Shown here piece after piece: positions 26,901-40,264 of a stretch of DNA of 64,000 nucleotides (its first letter is position 1; each line of letters starts with the position of its first letter). The DNA lies in NCBI GenBank assembly GCA_964016885.1, contig CAXHJY010001692.1, positions 124,001-188,000 on the forward strand, written 5' to 3'. The DNA comes from Eledone cirrhosa. Lineage: Eukaryota. The position numbers and the translations under genes were made by a program. The notes under the pieces are model-generated. The model was not told the DNA's origin, searched no databases, and saw only the letters and a list, made by a program, of their open reading frames with translations.

Positions 26901-29900
26901 ATCTGGTCAGTCCACCAGCTGGGGCAGGTCTTCATACATTCTACCATATCTGGTCAGTCCACCAGCTGGGATAGGTCTTCATACATTCTACCATGTCTGG
27001 TCAGTCCACCAGCTGGGGCAGGTGTTCATGCATTCTACCATGTCTGGTCAGTCCACCAGCTGGGGCAGGTGTTCATGCATTCTACCACATCTGGTCAGTC
27101 CACCAGCTGGGGCAGGTCTTCATACACTCTACCAGCTGGGGTAGGTCTTTATACATTCTACCATGTCTGGTCAGTCTACCAGTTGGGGTAGGTCTTCATA
27201 CATTCTACCATGTCTGGTCAGTCTACCAGCTGGGGTAGGTCTTCATACATTCTACCATGTCTGGTCAGTCCACCAGCTGGGGCAGGTCTTCATACATTCT
27301 ACCATGTCTGGTCAGTCCACCAGCTGGGGCAGGTCTTCATACATTCTACCACGTCTGGTCAGTCCACCAGCTGGGGCAGGTCTTCATACATTCTACCACG
27401 TCTGGTCAGTCCACCAGCTGGGGCAGGTCTTCATACATTCTACCACGTCTGGTCAGTCTACCAGCTGGGGTAGGTCTTCATACATTCTACCATGTCTGGT
27501 CAGTCCACCAGCTGGGGCAGGTCTTCATACATTCTACCACGACTGGTCAGTCCACCAGCTGGGGCAGGTCTTCATACATTCTACCACGTCTGGTCAGTCT
27601 ACCAGATGGGGTAGGTCTTCATACATTCTACCATGTCTGGTCAGTCTACCAGCTGGGGTAGGTCTTCATACATTCTACCATGTCTGGTCAGTCCACCAGC
27701 TGGGGTAGGTCTTCATACATTCTACAATGTCTGGTCAGTCTACCAGCTGGGGTAGGTCTTCATACATTCTACCATGTCTGGTCAGTCCACCAGCTGGGGT
27801 AGGTCTTCATACATTCTACCATGTCTGGTCAGTCCACCAGCTGGGGTAGGTCTTCATACATTCTACCATGTCTGGTCAGTCCACCAGCTGGGGGTAGGTC
27901 TTCATACATTCTACCATGTCTGGTCAGTCCACCAGCTGGGGTAGGTCTTCATACATTCTACCATGTCTGGTCAGTCCACCAGCTGGGGTAGGTCTTCATA
28001 CATTCTACCATGTCTGGTCAGTCTACCAGCTGGGGTAGGTCTTCATACATTCTACCATGTCTGGTCAGTCCACCAGCTGGGATAGGTCTTCATACATTCT
28101 ACCATGTCTGGTCAGTCCACCAGCTGGGGCAGGTATTCACACATTCTACCATGTCTGGTCAGTCCACCAGCTGGGGCAGGTCTTCATACATTCTACCACG
28201 TCTGGTCAGTCCACCAACTGGGGCAGGTATTCACACATTCTACCATGTCTGGTCAGTCCACCAGCTGGGGTAGGTCTTCATACATTCTACCATGTCTGGT
28301 CAGTCCACCAGCTGGGGTAGGTCTTCATACATTCTACCATCTCTGGTCAGTCCACCAGCTGGGGTGGGTATTCATACATTCTACCATGTCTGGTCAGTCC
28401 ACCACCTGGGGTAGGTCTTCATACATTCTACCATGTCTGGTCAGTCCACCAGCTGGGGGTACGTCTTCATACATTCTACCACGTCTGGTCAGTCCACCAG
28501 CTGGGGTAGGTCTTCATACATTCTACCATGTCTGGTCAGTCTACCAGCTGGGGTAGGTCTTCATACATTCTACCATGTCTGGTCAGTCCACCAGCTGGGG
28601 TGGGTATTCATACATTCTACCATGTCTGGTCAGTCCACGAGCTGGGGCAGGTCTTCATACATTCTACCATGTCTGGTCAGTCCACCAGCTGGAGTAGGTC
28701 TTCATACATTCTACCATGTCTGGTCAGTCCACCAGCTGGGGTAGGTCTTCATACATTCTACCATGTCTGGTCAGTCCACCAGCTGGGGGTAGGTCTTCAT
28801 ACATTCTACCACGTCTGGTCAGTCCACCAGCTGGGGTAGGTCTTCATACATTCTACGATGTCTGGTCAGTCCACCAGCTGGGGTAGGTCTTCATACATTC
28901 TACCATGTCTGGTCAGTCTACCAGCTGGGGTAGGTCTTCATACATTCTACCATGTCTGGTCAGTCCACCAGCTGGGGTGGGTCTTCATACATTCTACCAT
29001 GTCTGGTCAGTCCACCAGCTGGGGTAGGTCTTCATACATTCTACCATGTCTGGTCAGTCCACCAACTGGGGTAGGTCTTCATACATTCTACCATGTCTGG
29101 TCAGTCCACCAGCTGGGGCAGGTCTTCATACATTCTACCATGTCTGGTCAGTCTACCAGCTGGGGTAGGTCTTCATACATTCGACCATGTCTGGTCAGTC
29201 CACCAGCTGGGATAGGTCTTCATACATTCTACCATGTCTGGTCAGTCCACCAGCTGGGGTAGGTCTTCATACATTCTACCATGTCTGGTCAGTCCACCAG
29301 CTGGGGCAGGTCTTCATACATTCTACCATGTCTGGTCAGTCTACCAGCTGGGGTAGGTCTTCATACATTCGACCATGTCTGGTCAGTCCACCAGCTGGGA
29401 TAGGTCTTCATACATTCTACCATGTCTGGTCAGTCCACCAGCTGGGGTAGGTCTTCATACATTCTACCATGTCTGGTCAGTCCACCAGCTGGGGAAGGTC
29501 TTCATACATTTTACCATGTCTGGTCAGTCTACCAGCTGGGGTAGGTCTTCATACATTCTACCATGTCTGGTCAGTCCACCAGCTGGGATAGGTCTTCATA
29601 CATTCTACCATGTCTGGTCAGTCCACCAGCTGGGGTAGGTCTTCATACATTCTAGCATGTCTGGTCAGTCCACCATTGGGGTAGGTCTTCATACATTCTC
29701 CCATATCTGGTCAGTCCACCAGCTGGGGGAGGTCTTCATACATTCTACCACGTCTGGTCAGTCCACTAGCTGGGGTAGGTCTTCATACATTCGACCATGT
29801 CTGGTCAGTCCACCAGCTGGGATAGGTCTTCATACATTCTACCATGTCTGGTCAGTCCACCAGCTGGGGCAGGTCTTCATACATTCTACCACGTCTGGTC

Positions 29901-32900
29901 AGTCCACCAGCTGGGGTAGGTCTTCATACATTCTACCATGTCTGGTCAGTCCACCATTGGGGTAGGTCTTCATACATTCTACCATATCTGGTCAGTCCAC
30001 CAGCTGGGGGAGGTCTTCATACATTCTACCACGTCTGGTCAGTCCACCAGCTGGGGTAGGTCTTCATACATTCGACCATGTCTGGTCAGTCTACCAGCTG
30101 GGGTAGGTCTTCATACATTCGACCATGTCTGGTCAGTCCACCAGCTGGGGTAGGTCTTCATACATTCTACCATGTCTGGTCAGTCCACCATTGGGGTAGG
30201 TCTTCATACATTCTACCATGTCTGGTCAGTCTACCAGCTGGGGTAGGTCTTCATACATTCTACCATGTCTGGTCAGTCCACCAGCTGGGGCAGGTCTTCA
30301 TACATTCTACCACGTCTGGTCAGTCCACCAGCTGGGGTAGGTCTTCATACATTCTACCATGTGTGGCCAGTCCACCAGCTTGGGCAGGTCTTCATACATT
30401 CTACCATGTGTGGTCAGTCCACCAGCTGGGGTAGGTCTTCATACATTCTACCACGTCTGGTCAGTCCACCAGCTGGGGTAGGTCTTCATACATTCTACCA
30501 TGTCTGGTCAGTCCACCAGCTGGGGCAGGTCTTCATACATTCTACCACGTCTGGTCAGTCCACCAGCTGGGGTAGGTCTTCATACATTCTACCATGTCTG
30601 GTCAGTCCACCAGCTGGGGCAGGTCTTCATCTATTCTACCATGACTGGTCAATTCACCAGCTGGGGCAGGTCTTCATACATTCTACCATGTCTGGTCAGT
30701 CTACCAGCTGGGGTAGGTCTTCATACATTCTACCATGTCTGGTCAGTCCACCAGCTGGGGCAGGTCTTCATACATTCTACCATGTCTGGTCAGTCCACCA
30801 GCTGGGGTAGGTCTTCATACATTCTACCATGTCTGGTCAGTCCACCAGCTGGGGCAGGTCTTCATACATTCTACCATGTCTGGTCAGTCCACCAGCTGGG
30901 GCAGGTCTTCATACATTCTACCATGTCTGGTCAGTCCACCAGCTGGGGCAGGTCTTCATACATTCTACCATGTCTGGTCAGTCCACCAGCTGTGGCAGGT
31001 CTTCATCTATTCTACCATGACTGGTCAGTCCACCAGCGGGGGTGGGTCTTCATACATTCTACCATGTCTGGTCAGTCCACCAGCTGGGGCAGGTCTTCAT
31101 ACATTCTACCATGTCTGGTCAGTCCACCAGTGGGGTAGTCTTTATACATTCTACCATGTCTGGTCAGCCTACCACTGGGGTGGGTCTTCATACATTCTAC
31201 CATGTCTGGTCAGTCTACCAGCTGGGGTAGGTCTTCATACATTCTACCATGTCTGGTCAGTCTAGCAGCTGGGGTAGGTCTTCATACATTCTACCATGTC
31301 TGGTCAGTCTACCAGCTGGGGTAGGTCTTCATACATTCTACCATGTCTGGTCATTCTACCAGCTGGGGTAGGTCTTCATACATTCTACCATGTCTGGTCA
31401 GTCTACCAGCTGGGGTAGGTCTTCATACATTCTACCATGTCTGGTCAGTCTACCTGCTGGGGTAGGTCTTCATACATTCTACCATGTCTGGTCAGTCTAC
31501 CAGCTGGGGTAGGTCTTCATACATTCTACCATGTCTGGTCAGTCTACCAGCTGGGGTAGGTCTTCATACATTCTACCATGTCTGGTCAATCTACCAGCTG
31601 GGATAGGTCTTCATACATTCTACCATGTCTGGTCAGTCTACCAGCTGGGGTAGGTCTTCATACATTCTTCCATCTCTGGTCAGTCTACCAGCTGGGGTAG
31701 GTCTTCATACATTCTACCATGTCTGGTCAGTCTACCAGCTGGGGTAGGTCTTCATACATTCTACCATGTCTGGTCAGTCTACCAGCTGGGGTAGGTCTTC
31801 ATACATTCTACCATGTCTGGTCAGTCTACCAGCTGGGGTAGGTCTTCATACATTCTACCATGTCTGGTCAGTCTACCAGCTGGGGTAGGTCTTCATACAT
31901 TCTACCATGTCTGGTCAGTCTACCAGCTGGGGTAGGTCTTCATACATTCTACCATGTCTGGTCAGTCTACCAGCTGGGGTAGGTCTTCATACATTCTACC
32001 ATGTCTGGTCAGTCTACCAGCTGGGATAGGTCTTCATACATTCTACCATGTCTGGTCAGTCTACCAGCTGGGGTAGGTCTTCATACATTCTACCATGTCT
32101 GGTCAGTCCACCAGCTGGGGTAGGTCTTCATACATTCTACCATGTCTTGTCAGTCCACCAGCTGGGGTGGGTCTTCATACATTCTACCATGTCTGGTCAG
32201 TCCACCAGCTGGGGTAGGTCTTCATACATTCTACCATGTCTGGTCAGTCCACCATTTGGGGTAGGTCTTCATACATTCTACCATATCTGGTCAGTCCACC
32301 AGCTGGGGTAGGTCTTCATACATTCTACCATGTCTGGTCAGTCCACCAGCTGGGGCAGGTCTTCATACATTCTACCATGTGTGGCCAGTCCACCAGCTTG
32401 GGTGGGTCTTCATACATTCTACCATGTCTGGTCAGTCCACCAGCTGGGGTAGGTCTTCATACATTCTACCATGTGTGGCCAGTCCACCAGCTGGGGTGGG
32501 TCTTCATACATTCTACCATGTGTGGTCAGTCTACCAGCTGGGTTTGGTCTTTATACATTCTACCATGTCTGGTCAGTCCACCAGCTGGGGTAGGTCTTCA
32601 TACATTCTACCTTGTCTGGTCAGTCCACCAGCTGGGGTAGGTCTTCATCTATTCTTCCATGTCTGGTCAGTCCACCAGCTGGGGCAGGTCTTCATACATT
32701 CTACCACGTCTGGTCAGTCCACCAGCTGGGGCAGGTCTTCATCTATTCTACCATGACTGGTCAGTTCACCAGCTGGGGCAGGTCTTCATACATTCTACCA
32801 TGTCTGGTCAGTCCACCAGCTGGAGTAGGTCTTCATACATTCTACAATGTCTGGTCAGTCCACCAGCTGGGGTGGGTCTTCATACATTCTACCATGTCTG

Positions 32901-34846
32901 GTCAGTTCACCAGCTGGGGTAGGTCTTCATACATTCTACCATGTCTGGTCAGTCCACCATTTGGGGTAGGTCTTCATCTATTCTACCATGACTGGTCAGT
33001 TCACCAACTGGGGCAGGTCTTCATACATTCTACCATGTCTGGTCAGTCCACCAGCTGGAGTAGGTCTTCATACATTCTACCATGTCTGGTCAGTCCACCA
33101 GCTGGGGTGGGTCTTCATACATTCTACCATGTCTGGTCAGTCCACCAGCTGGGGTAGGTCTTCATACATTCTACCATGTCTGGTCAGTCCACCAGCTGGG
33201 GCAGGTCTTCATACATTCTACCATGTGTGGCCAGTCCACCAGCTTGGGTGGGTCTTCATACATTCTACCATGTCTGGTCAGTCCACCAGCTGGGGTAGGT
33301 CTTCATACATTCTACCATGTCTGGTCAGTCCACCAGCTGGGGTAGGTCTTCATACATTCTACCATGTCTGGTCAGTCCACCAGCTGGGTTTGGTCTTTAT
33401 ACATTCTACCATGTCTGGTCAGTCCACCAGCTGGGGCAGGTCTTCATCTATTCTTCCATGTCTGGTCAGTCCACCAGCTGGGGTGGGTCTTCATACATTC
33501 TACCACGTCTGGTCAGTCTACCAGCTGGGTTTGGTCTTTATACATTCTACCATGTCTGGTCAGTCCACCAGCTGGGGCAGGTCTTCATACATTCTACCAT
33601 GTCTGGTCAGTCCACCACTGGGGTGGGTCTTCATACATTCTACCATGTCTGGTCAGTCCACCAGCTGGGGTAGGTCTTCATACATTCTACCATGTCTGGT
33701 CAGTCCACCAGCTGGGGCAGGTCTTCATCTATTCTTCCATGTCTGGTCAGTCCACCAGCTGGGGTGGGTCTTCATACATTCTACCATGTCTGGTCAGTCC
33801 ACCAGCTGGGGCAGGTCTTCATACATTCTACCTTGTCTGGTCAGTCCACCATTTGGGATAGGTCTTCATACATTCTACCATGTCTGGTCAGTCCACCAGC
33901 TGGGGTAGGTCTTCATACATTCTACCATGTCTGGTCAGTCCACCATTTGGGGTAGGTCTTCATACATTCTACCATGTCTGGTCAGTCCACCATTTGGGGT
34001 AGGTCTTCATACATTCTAACATGTCTGGTCAGTCCACCATTTGGGGCAGGTCTTCATACATTCTACCATGTCTGGTCAGTCCACCAGCTGGGGTAGGTCT
34101 TCATACATTCTACCATGTCTGGTCAGTCCACCAGCTGGGACAGGTCTTCATACATTCTACCATGTCTGGTCAGTCCACCATTTGGGGCAGGTCTTCATAC
34201 ATTCTACCATGTCTGGTCAGTCCACCAGCTGGTGTAGGTCTTCATACATTCTACCATGTCTGGTCAGTCCACCAGCTGGGGTAGGTCTTCATACATTCTA
34301 CCACGTCTGGTCAGTCCACCAGCTGGGGCAGGTCTTCATACATTCTACCATGTCTGGTCAGTCCACCAGCTGGGGTGGGTCTTCATACATTCTACCACGT
34401 CTGGTCAGTCCACCAGCTGGGGCAGGTCTTCATACATTCTACCATGTCTGGTCAGTCCACCAGCTGGGGCAGGTCTTCATACATTCTACCATGTCTGGTC
34501 AGTCCACCAGCTGGGGCAGGTCTTCATACATTCTACCTTGTCTGGTCAGTCCACCAGCTGGAGCAGGTCTTCATACATTCTACCATGTCTGGTCAGTCCA
34601 CCAGCTGGGGTAGGTCTTCATACATTCTACCATGTCTGGTCAGTCTACCAGCTGGGTTAGGTCTTCATACATTCTACCATGTCTGGTCAGTCCACCAGCT
34701 GGGGTAGGTCTTCATACATTCTACCATGTCTGGTCAGTCCACCAGCTGGGGCAGGTCTTCATACATTCTACCATGTCTGGTCAGTCCACCAGCTGGGGTA
34801 GGTCTTCATACATTCTACCATGTCTGGTCAGTCCACCAGCTGGGGT
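8989..34846 (+). repeat. 47-bp satellite (ATGTCTGGTCAGTCCACCAGCTGGGGYAGGTCTTCATACATTCTACC)n, ~550 copies, with higher-order duplications
   Basis: Continuous 47-bp periodicity over ~25.9 kb. Diagnostic variants recur at multi-kb spacings. Confidence 0.99.
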
Positions 34847-35092
34847 ACAAATTAAGCCACACTCACTGCAAATATACCGTAGAGTGTGACAATGGAACCG
34901 TCTCACGGTTGGCTTGATACCTCCCTGGCTCGTGTAATTTCAGATGGTTGACAAATACAGCCCTTGTTCGAAGATACATTACCACATATATTGCACCTCA
35001 ATTCCTGCAGGATTTTTACATGTACTCCACTTGAGTTACGCTTACGAAGTGAACGGTTCAAAACAGCATCATATGTTCTACTCGCATATACT
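34847..35092 (-). mobile_element. Upstream part of the same RTE-type LINE remnant (two frameshifted C2H2 fingers), 5'-truncated
   Basis: Minus strand: YDAVLNRSLRKR...ELRCNICGNVSSNK/AVFVNHLKLH...then, after another frameshift, ICSECGLICTPAGGLTRHGRMY, whose second half is the first satellite unit. Confidence 0.75.
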
Positions 35093-35094
35093 GG

Positions 35095-35372
35095 TACACA
35101 CACACGCTCACGCACACACTCACGCCCACGCGCACACACGCACTCGCGCACTCACGCACTCAATCTCTCACGCATTCATTTTCTCACTCATTCACTTTCT
35201 CACGCACTCACTATCACGCATTCACTCCCTCACTCACTCGCTCACTCACTCACTCTTTCACCCACTCTCTCACTCTCTCACCCACTCTCTCACTCTCTCA
35301 CCCACCCACTCACTCTGTCTCTCACTCTCACTCATTCGCACTCTCTCACACACTCACTCTCTCGCACACACA
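35095..35372. repeat. Degenerate (CA)/(CACT)n microsatellite
   Basis: Direct inspection. Confidence 0.9.
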
Positions 35373-35853
35373 ATATACAATCCAGTAACAGTTTAGGTCT
35401 ACTGTTACATATGATCCCATAAATATGTATGGTGAAGATAACCTCGATTTGAACTCAGAACTCAAAGGGTCATAACTTTATAACACAAAGCATCTTTTCC
35501 GACGCTCTACCGATCTTCGTCTTAAAATATCTAAAACTAAACTTTAAATCTTCAGTTATACTTCTTACGTTCATGAAAATTACTTTTTGAAATAATTATT
35601 TGAATGTTGAATTTAAAGATAAGAATTAGTTAATTTCGCTCTTCGTCTCTCTAAGGTGGTTTAAATGAATACCAGTCATTTGCTTGGGGTTAAACATATA
35701 TATAAGTTTATCCCCGGTTCAATCGGGTGTAACCACAGTAAGTGAGGTATTTAATACATTGCAGAGTATAACTATTTAATATATAATATTCAATATAGAA
35801 AAGACTTCTACATGATTTCTCACGAATGAAACAGTTCTAGTCCTGTAGAAGTC

Positions 35854-35856
<3 letters not shown>

Positions 35857-35929
<73 letters not shown>

Positions 35930-36536
35930 CGAAGGAAATGTGGTAAGGAACCAGGTGGAACATAACGCACCAAAGTACTCAGTACTTAGGGTAGTAGAGA
36001 AAGTGGGTAATAGGAACGAGTAGGACCCCGACGGCTGAGCTCAAGCCGTTTCGACGGCTAATTCTAGTTATATTAATATAACTTATCCGCTACAAATATG
36101 TCGCTAGATATTTCCTTTGGTGTAAGAAATGATTCATAACTTCATGTTCTACGTCACGTACATGTAAGGGGGTATTGCTTGGTGTCTGTGTGTGAGCGTG
36201 CCTATGTGTGTCCGTGTGTAGGGGTGAGCGTGCGTGTGAGTGCGAGTCTGTGTGCAAGTGGGAGCCTGTGTACCTCCGTGGGAGTGCGTGTGAGCGTGTT
36301 CATTTCTGAGATTGTGTGTGTGTATGTGTGGTAGCGTGGGGGTCTGCGTGAGACTGTGACCGTGTGTATGTGTGCATGTGTGTGGAGTGCGCGTCAATGT
36401 GTGCTGGAGCCTGTGCGTGTATGTGAGACTGTGTGTGGGAGAGAGTGAGCGTGTTCATTTGTGAGTGTATGTATATGTGTGGGGTGCGCGTCTGTGTGTG
36501 TGGGAGCGAATGCGTTTGTGTGCGGGTGTCTATATG

Positions 36537-36567
<31 letters not shown>

Positions 36568-36730
36568 TATGTAAGGACCTTATTTTGTTCTGCTGGTGTA
36601 AGCTCAAAGAACAACAAACAAAATGGCGTATGTATTGGTTGACAGTTGGGATTATAAGTAGACACGTGTTTAGATAAGTGTACGAACTCACTGACACTTT
36701 GTTGTGTTGTTCATGGGAAACTTACCTCTA

Positions 36731-36801
<71 letters not shown>

Positions 36802-37470
36802 CGTGTGTGAGTGTGTGTGTGTATGTGTGTGTGTGATATATGTGTGTGTCTCTGTATATATGTGTGTGTCTCTGTATATATGTGTGTGTGTGTGTGTATA
36901 TATATGTGTGTGTGTATATATATGTGTGTGTGTGTGTATATATGTATATGTGTGTGTGTATATATATATGTATATGTGTGTGTGTGTGTGTATATATGTA
37001 TATGTCTGTGTGTATATATGTATATGTGTGTGTGTGTGTGTGTGTGTATATGTATATGTGTGTGTGTATATATGTATATGTGTGTGTGTGTGTGTGTATA
37101 TATGTATATGTGTGTGTGTGTGTGTATGTATATATATATGTGTGTGTGTGTATGTATATATGTGTGTGTGTGTATGTATATATGTATATGTGTTTTTGTA
37201 TATGTGGGTATGTATATGTGTGTGTTCGTGTGTGCAAGTTTGTACAAACGAATTTGTAAAGCCAGGTAAATGTTTGCAGAGATAAGTAAGAACACAAAGG
37301 AACGTATACAAATACATACACACACTCACAAACACATACACAAACACACACATACAAATACATAAACTCACTCACAAACACACACATACAAATACATAAA
37401 CTCACTCACAAACACACACATACAAATACATAAACTCACCCACACATACAAGACACACACACACACAGAT
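35857..37470. repeat. Cluster of (TA)n, (GT)n and mixed TA/TG microsatellites with short unique islands
   Basis: Pure (TA)n at 35857-35928, degenerate GT at 36180-36570, mixed tract at 36732-37470. Confidence 0.9.
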
Positions 37471-37571
37471 GGGTGGAAAATTAAATAGATGTGGAATCTG
37501 TGTAACTCTTTCCCCCCGCCCGCTCTTGCTCTTTCTATATCTACATATACATTCATGTTTGTGTGTATATA

Positions 37572-37752
37572 ATAATTGTTTCTACTTTTGGCACAAGGCC
37601 AGCAATTACCCAGTACATTACTGGTTCTTTATTTTATCGACCCCGTAAGGATGAAAGGCAAAGTTAACCTCGGCGGGATTGAGAACACAGACTGTAAAGG
37701 GACGTAACTCTATGCTGCAAAGCATGTCGTCCGACCCTCTGCCGATACTGCC
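37572..37752 (-). mobile_element. tRNA-derived SINE
   Basis: GGCACAAGGCCAGCAATTACCCAGTACATTACTGG...ATCGACCCCGTAAGGATGAAAGGCAAAGTTAACCTCGGCGGGATT. Confidence 0.85.
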
Positions 37753-37822
37753 CTGTGTGAATATTATGTTTATATAATAAATCTTCAGGCCTCTTCAAAT
37801 ATTTATATGTACGATATGATAA

Positions 37823-37908
37823 ACGGGTGTCAGTTGAAAAGTTCATAAGATGACCAAGATACTCTCATGGAATGACCAAATAAGGTTTATTTTTCAACAT
37901 ATTCCCTG
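37823..37908 (+). mobile_element. Possible mariner-family terminal fragment
   Basis: ACGGGTGTCAGTTGAAAAGTTCATA...TGACCAAATAAGGTTTATTTTTCAACATA resembles mariner MITE ends as I recall them. No partner TIR was found. Confidence 0.4.
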
Positions 37909-37957
37909 GAAAGAAGCAATGTAGTTATTGATATGAAGAGTTGATTTCACAGCTCTG

Positions 37958-38337
37958 CCCCCACAGCCCTCTCAGGAATAAGTGGGTGGGCATGTCTGAG
38001 GTATCCTATCCCCACAGCCCTCGCAGGAATAAGTGGGTGGACATGTCTGAGGTACCCTATCCCCATAGCCTTCGCAGGAATAAGTGGGTGGGCATGTCTG
38101 AGGTACCCTACCCCCACAACCTTCTCAGGAACAAGTGGGTTGGCATGTCTGAGGTGCCCTGCTCCACAACCCGCCCAGGAATAAGGGGGTGGGCATGTGT
38201 GAGGGCGCTGCGCCCACAACCCTCGCAGGAATAAGTGGGTGGGCATGTGTGAGGACGCTGCTCCCACAACCCTCCCAGGAATAAATGGGTGGGAATGTCT
38301 GAAGACCCTGCCCCCCACTCTCTCAGGAATAAGTGGG
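37958..38337 (+). repeat. ~51-bp minisatellite, ~7.5 diverged copies
   Basis: Unit CCCACAGCCCTCGCAGGAATAAGTGGGTGGGCATGTCTGAGGTACCCTATC; 17-aa periodicity in the ORF track. Confidence 0.92.
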
Positions 38338-38507
38338 AGAAGAACAAGTATGGGCCGTTACAAAAAGAAGGTACTGATCCGTTCATTAGCCAAACATTAA
38401 GGTTATCGAATCTCATTTGTTTTGCTCCAGGAACTCGTGAAGGGGATAAAATTAACGGCATTAAAAATACTATTAAAATTATCTTAATTTCGTATAACAT
38501 AAACAAG

Positions 38508-38900
38508 GGTTTCTGATTGAGGCACAGGGCCAGCAATTCGGGGGGAGGGGAAAGTCAATTAAATCAACCCAATGTATGTTTGGTACTTTGTTTCATCAAC
38601 CCCGTAGCGATGAAAGGTAAAGCTAAATTCGGCAGGATTTCAACTTAGAACATAAACGGCCGTAACTCTATGCCGCAAAGCACAATGTCCGTCGCTCTAA
38701 CAGTACTGCATAACCACTATATAGTAATTGTTTCTACTATTGGCACAAGGCCAGCAATTACTCAGTACATTACTGGTACTTTATTTTATCGACCTCGTAA
38801 GGATGAAAGGCAAAGTTAACCTCGGCGGGATTTTAACTCAGACCGTAAAAGAGCGTAACTCTGTGCTGCAAAGCATGGCGTCCGATACTGATACTGCCAA
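38508..38900 (-). mobile_element. Two tandem tRNA-derived SINE copies (38508-38716, 38725-38900)
   Basis: Each carries GGCACA(A/G)GGCCAGCAATT...GATGAAAGGYAAAG and a decayed head. Confidence 0.85.
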
Positions 38901-39002
38901 TAATGAAACAAAGCAATATTAGAACACCAAATTAACGAACAGTTAACTATTTTGATGTATTAATTATATGTAAAGACCCCCTTTAGTGGGGTTCGTACAT
39001 AG

Positions 39003-39255
39003 AAAGTGTCTTGCTCAAGAACATAATGCATCACCCTTTCCGAGATTCGAACTCACAACTTAACAATTGCAAGTGCAATGCTCTAACTTCTACGCCATAC
39101 ACTTTCATATGTATATTCTAACATTTGTACAGCTGAGTAAACTGGACCAAAGTGAAATAAAGTGTGTTGCTCGAGGACAAAATGAATCACCCTGTCCGGG
39201 AATCGAACTCAAAACTTTACGAATGCACGCCCAACGTGCTAATCACCAAGCCATA
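39003..39255 (-). mobile_element. Two fragments of the CORE-like SINE
   Basis: AAAGTGTCTTGCTCAAGAACA...TTCGAACTC and CAGCTGAGTAAACTGGA...GTGAAATAAAGTGTGTTGCTCGAGGACA...GGGAATCGAACTC (B box on the minus strand). Confidence 0.7.
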
Positions 39256-39851
39256 CGCTTTCCCTTTGATCCATTACATGTGAAGGAAGTACTATCTTAG
39301 TATAATAGTCTATTACAGCATTAAAGATAAACGTAAAAACTATTGTATCTAATGACAGATAAATACCTCATAAATCAGAGAGTTTTTAACTTGCAACTCG
39401 TGATGGCGTCGTGGGTGTGCCGTAGTGCCATACTATGTGTCTTGGGTATTTAACCAGGACGAAGGCCACCCCTTTCTCTAGGTAATCAGATAGCATTTAA
39501 GATTAATTACTGAATTACATAATCGACAATTCAATTAAGATTATTATGAGTTACGTCAACAACATTAGCTGAAAACATCAACAACGACGAAGAGTTGAAT
39601 ACATCGTTGCCCAGTTCTTGCCACAGTCAGTGTTTGTAGACATATGAACATTTAACAGCGTTGCTGTAGACGTATGACGAACACTGGTGCAATACACAAG
39701 AAATACAGAAGGGAGGCCTGGCTTTCATATGTAAACGGTAGACTCCCATGTTTCACGTATGATTGATGGGTCAACGAGCTGACAGTTTCGGGGCTTCTTC
39801 CATTTAATGACGGTAATAATAGGCAATGACACCATTCTTGCTGACATCATC

Positions 39852-39852
<1 letters not shown>

Positions 39853-39882
<30 letters not shown>

Positions 39883-40224
39883 CAGCCAAGGTGTGTGTGT
39901 GTGTACCAGTGTGTCAGTCAGTGTGTGTGTGTGTGTGTGTATCAGTGTGTCAGTCAATGTGTGTGTGTGTGTACCAGTGAGTCAGTCAATGTGTGTGTGT
40001 GTGCGTGTGTACCAGTGTGTCAGTCAATGTGTGTGTGTGTGTACCAGTCTGTCAGTCAATGTGTGTGTGTGTACCAGTCTGTCAGTCAATGTGTGTGTGT
40101 GTGTACCAGTGTGTCAGTCAATGTGTGTGTGTGTGTGTGTACCAGTCTGTCAGTCAATGTGTGTGTGTGTGTACCAGTCTGTCAGTCAATGTGTGTGTGT
40201 GTGTGTCTGTGTGTACCAGTCTGT

Positions 40225-40264
<40 letters not shown>

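Noticed and set aside
8989-34846. CRISPR-like array
   Set aside because: Units are head to tail with no unique spacers, there are no cas genes, and the context is eukaryotic. The same applies to the 55-bp, 79-bp and GT-spaced repeats.
9162-34917. Very many overlapping ORFs with the MSGQSTSWGRSSYILP peptide
   Set aside because: Translation of a 47-bp unit cycling through three frames; no coding signal.
39380-39850. Unique, more GC-rich stretch with a possible AG|GTAATC donor as a host exon
   Set aside because: No convincing acceptor, sustained open frame or recognisable peptide.
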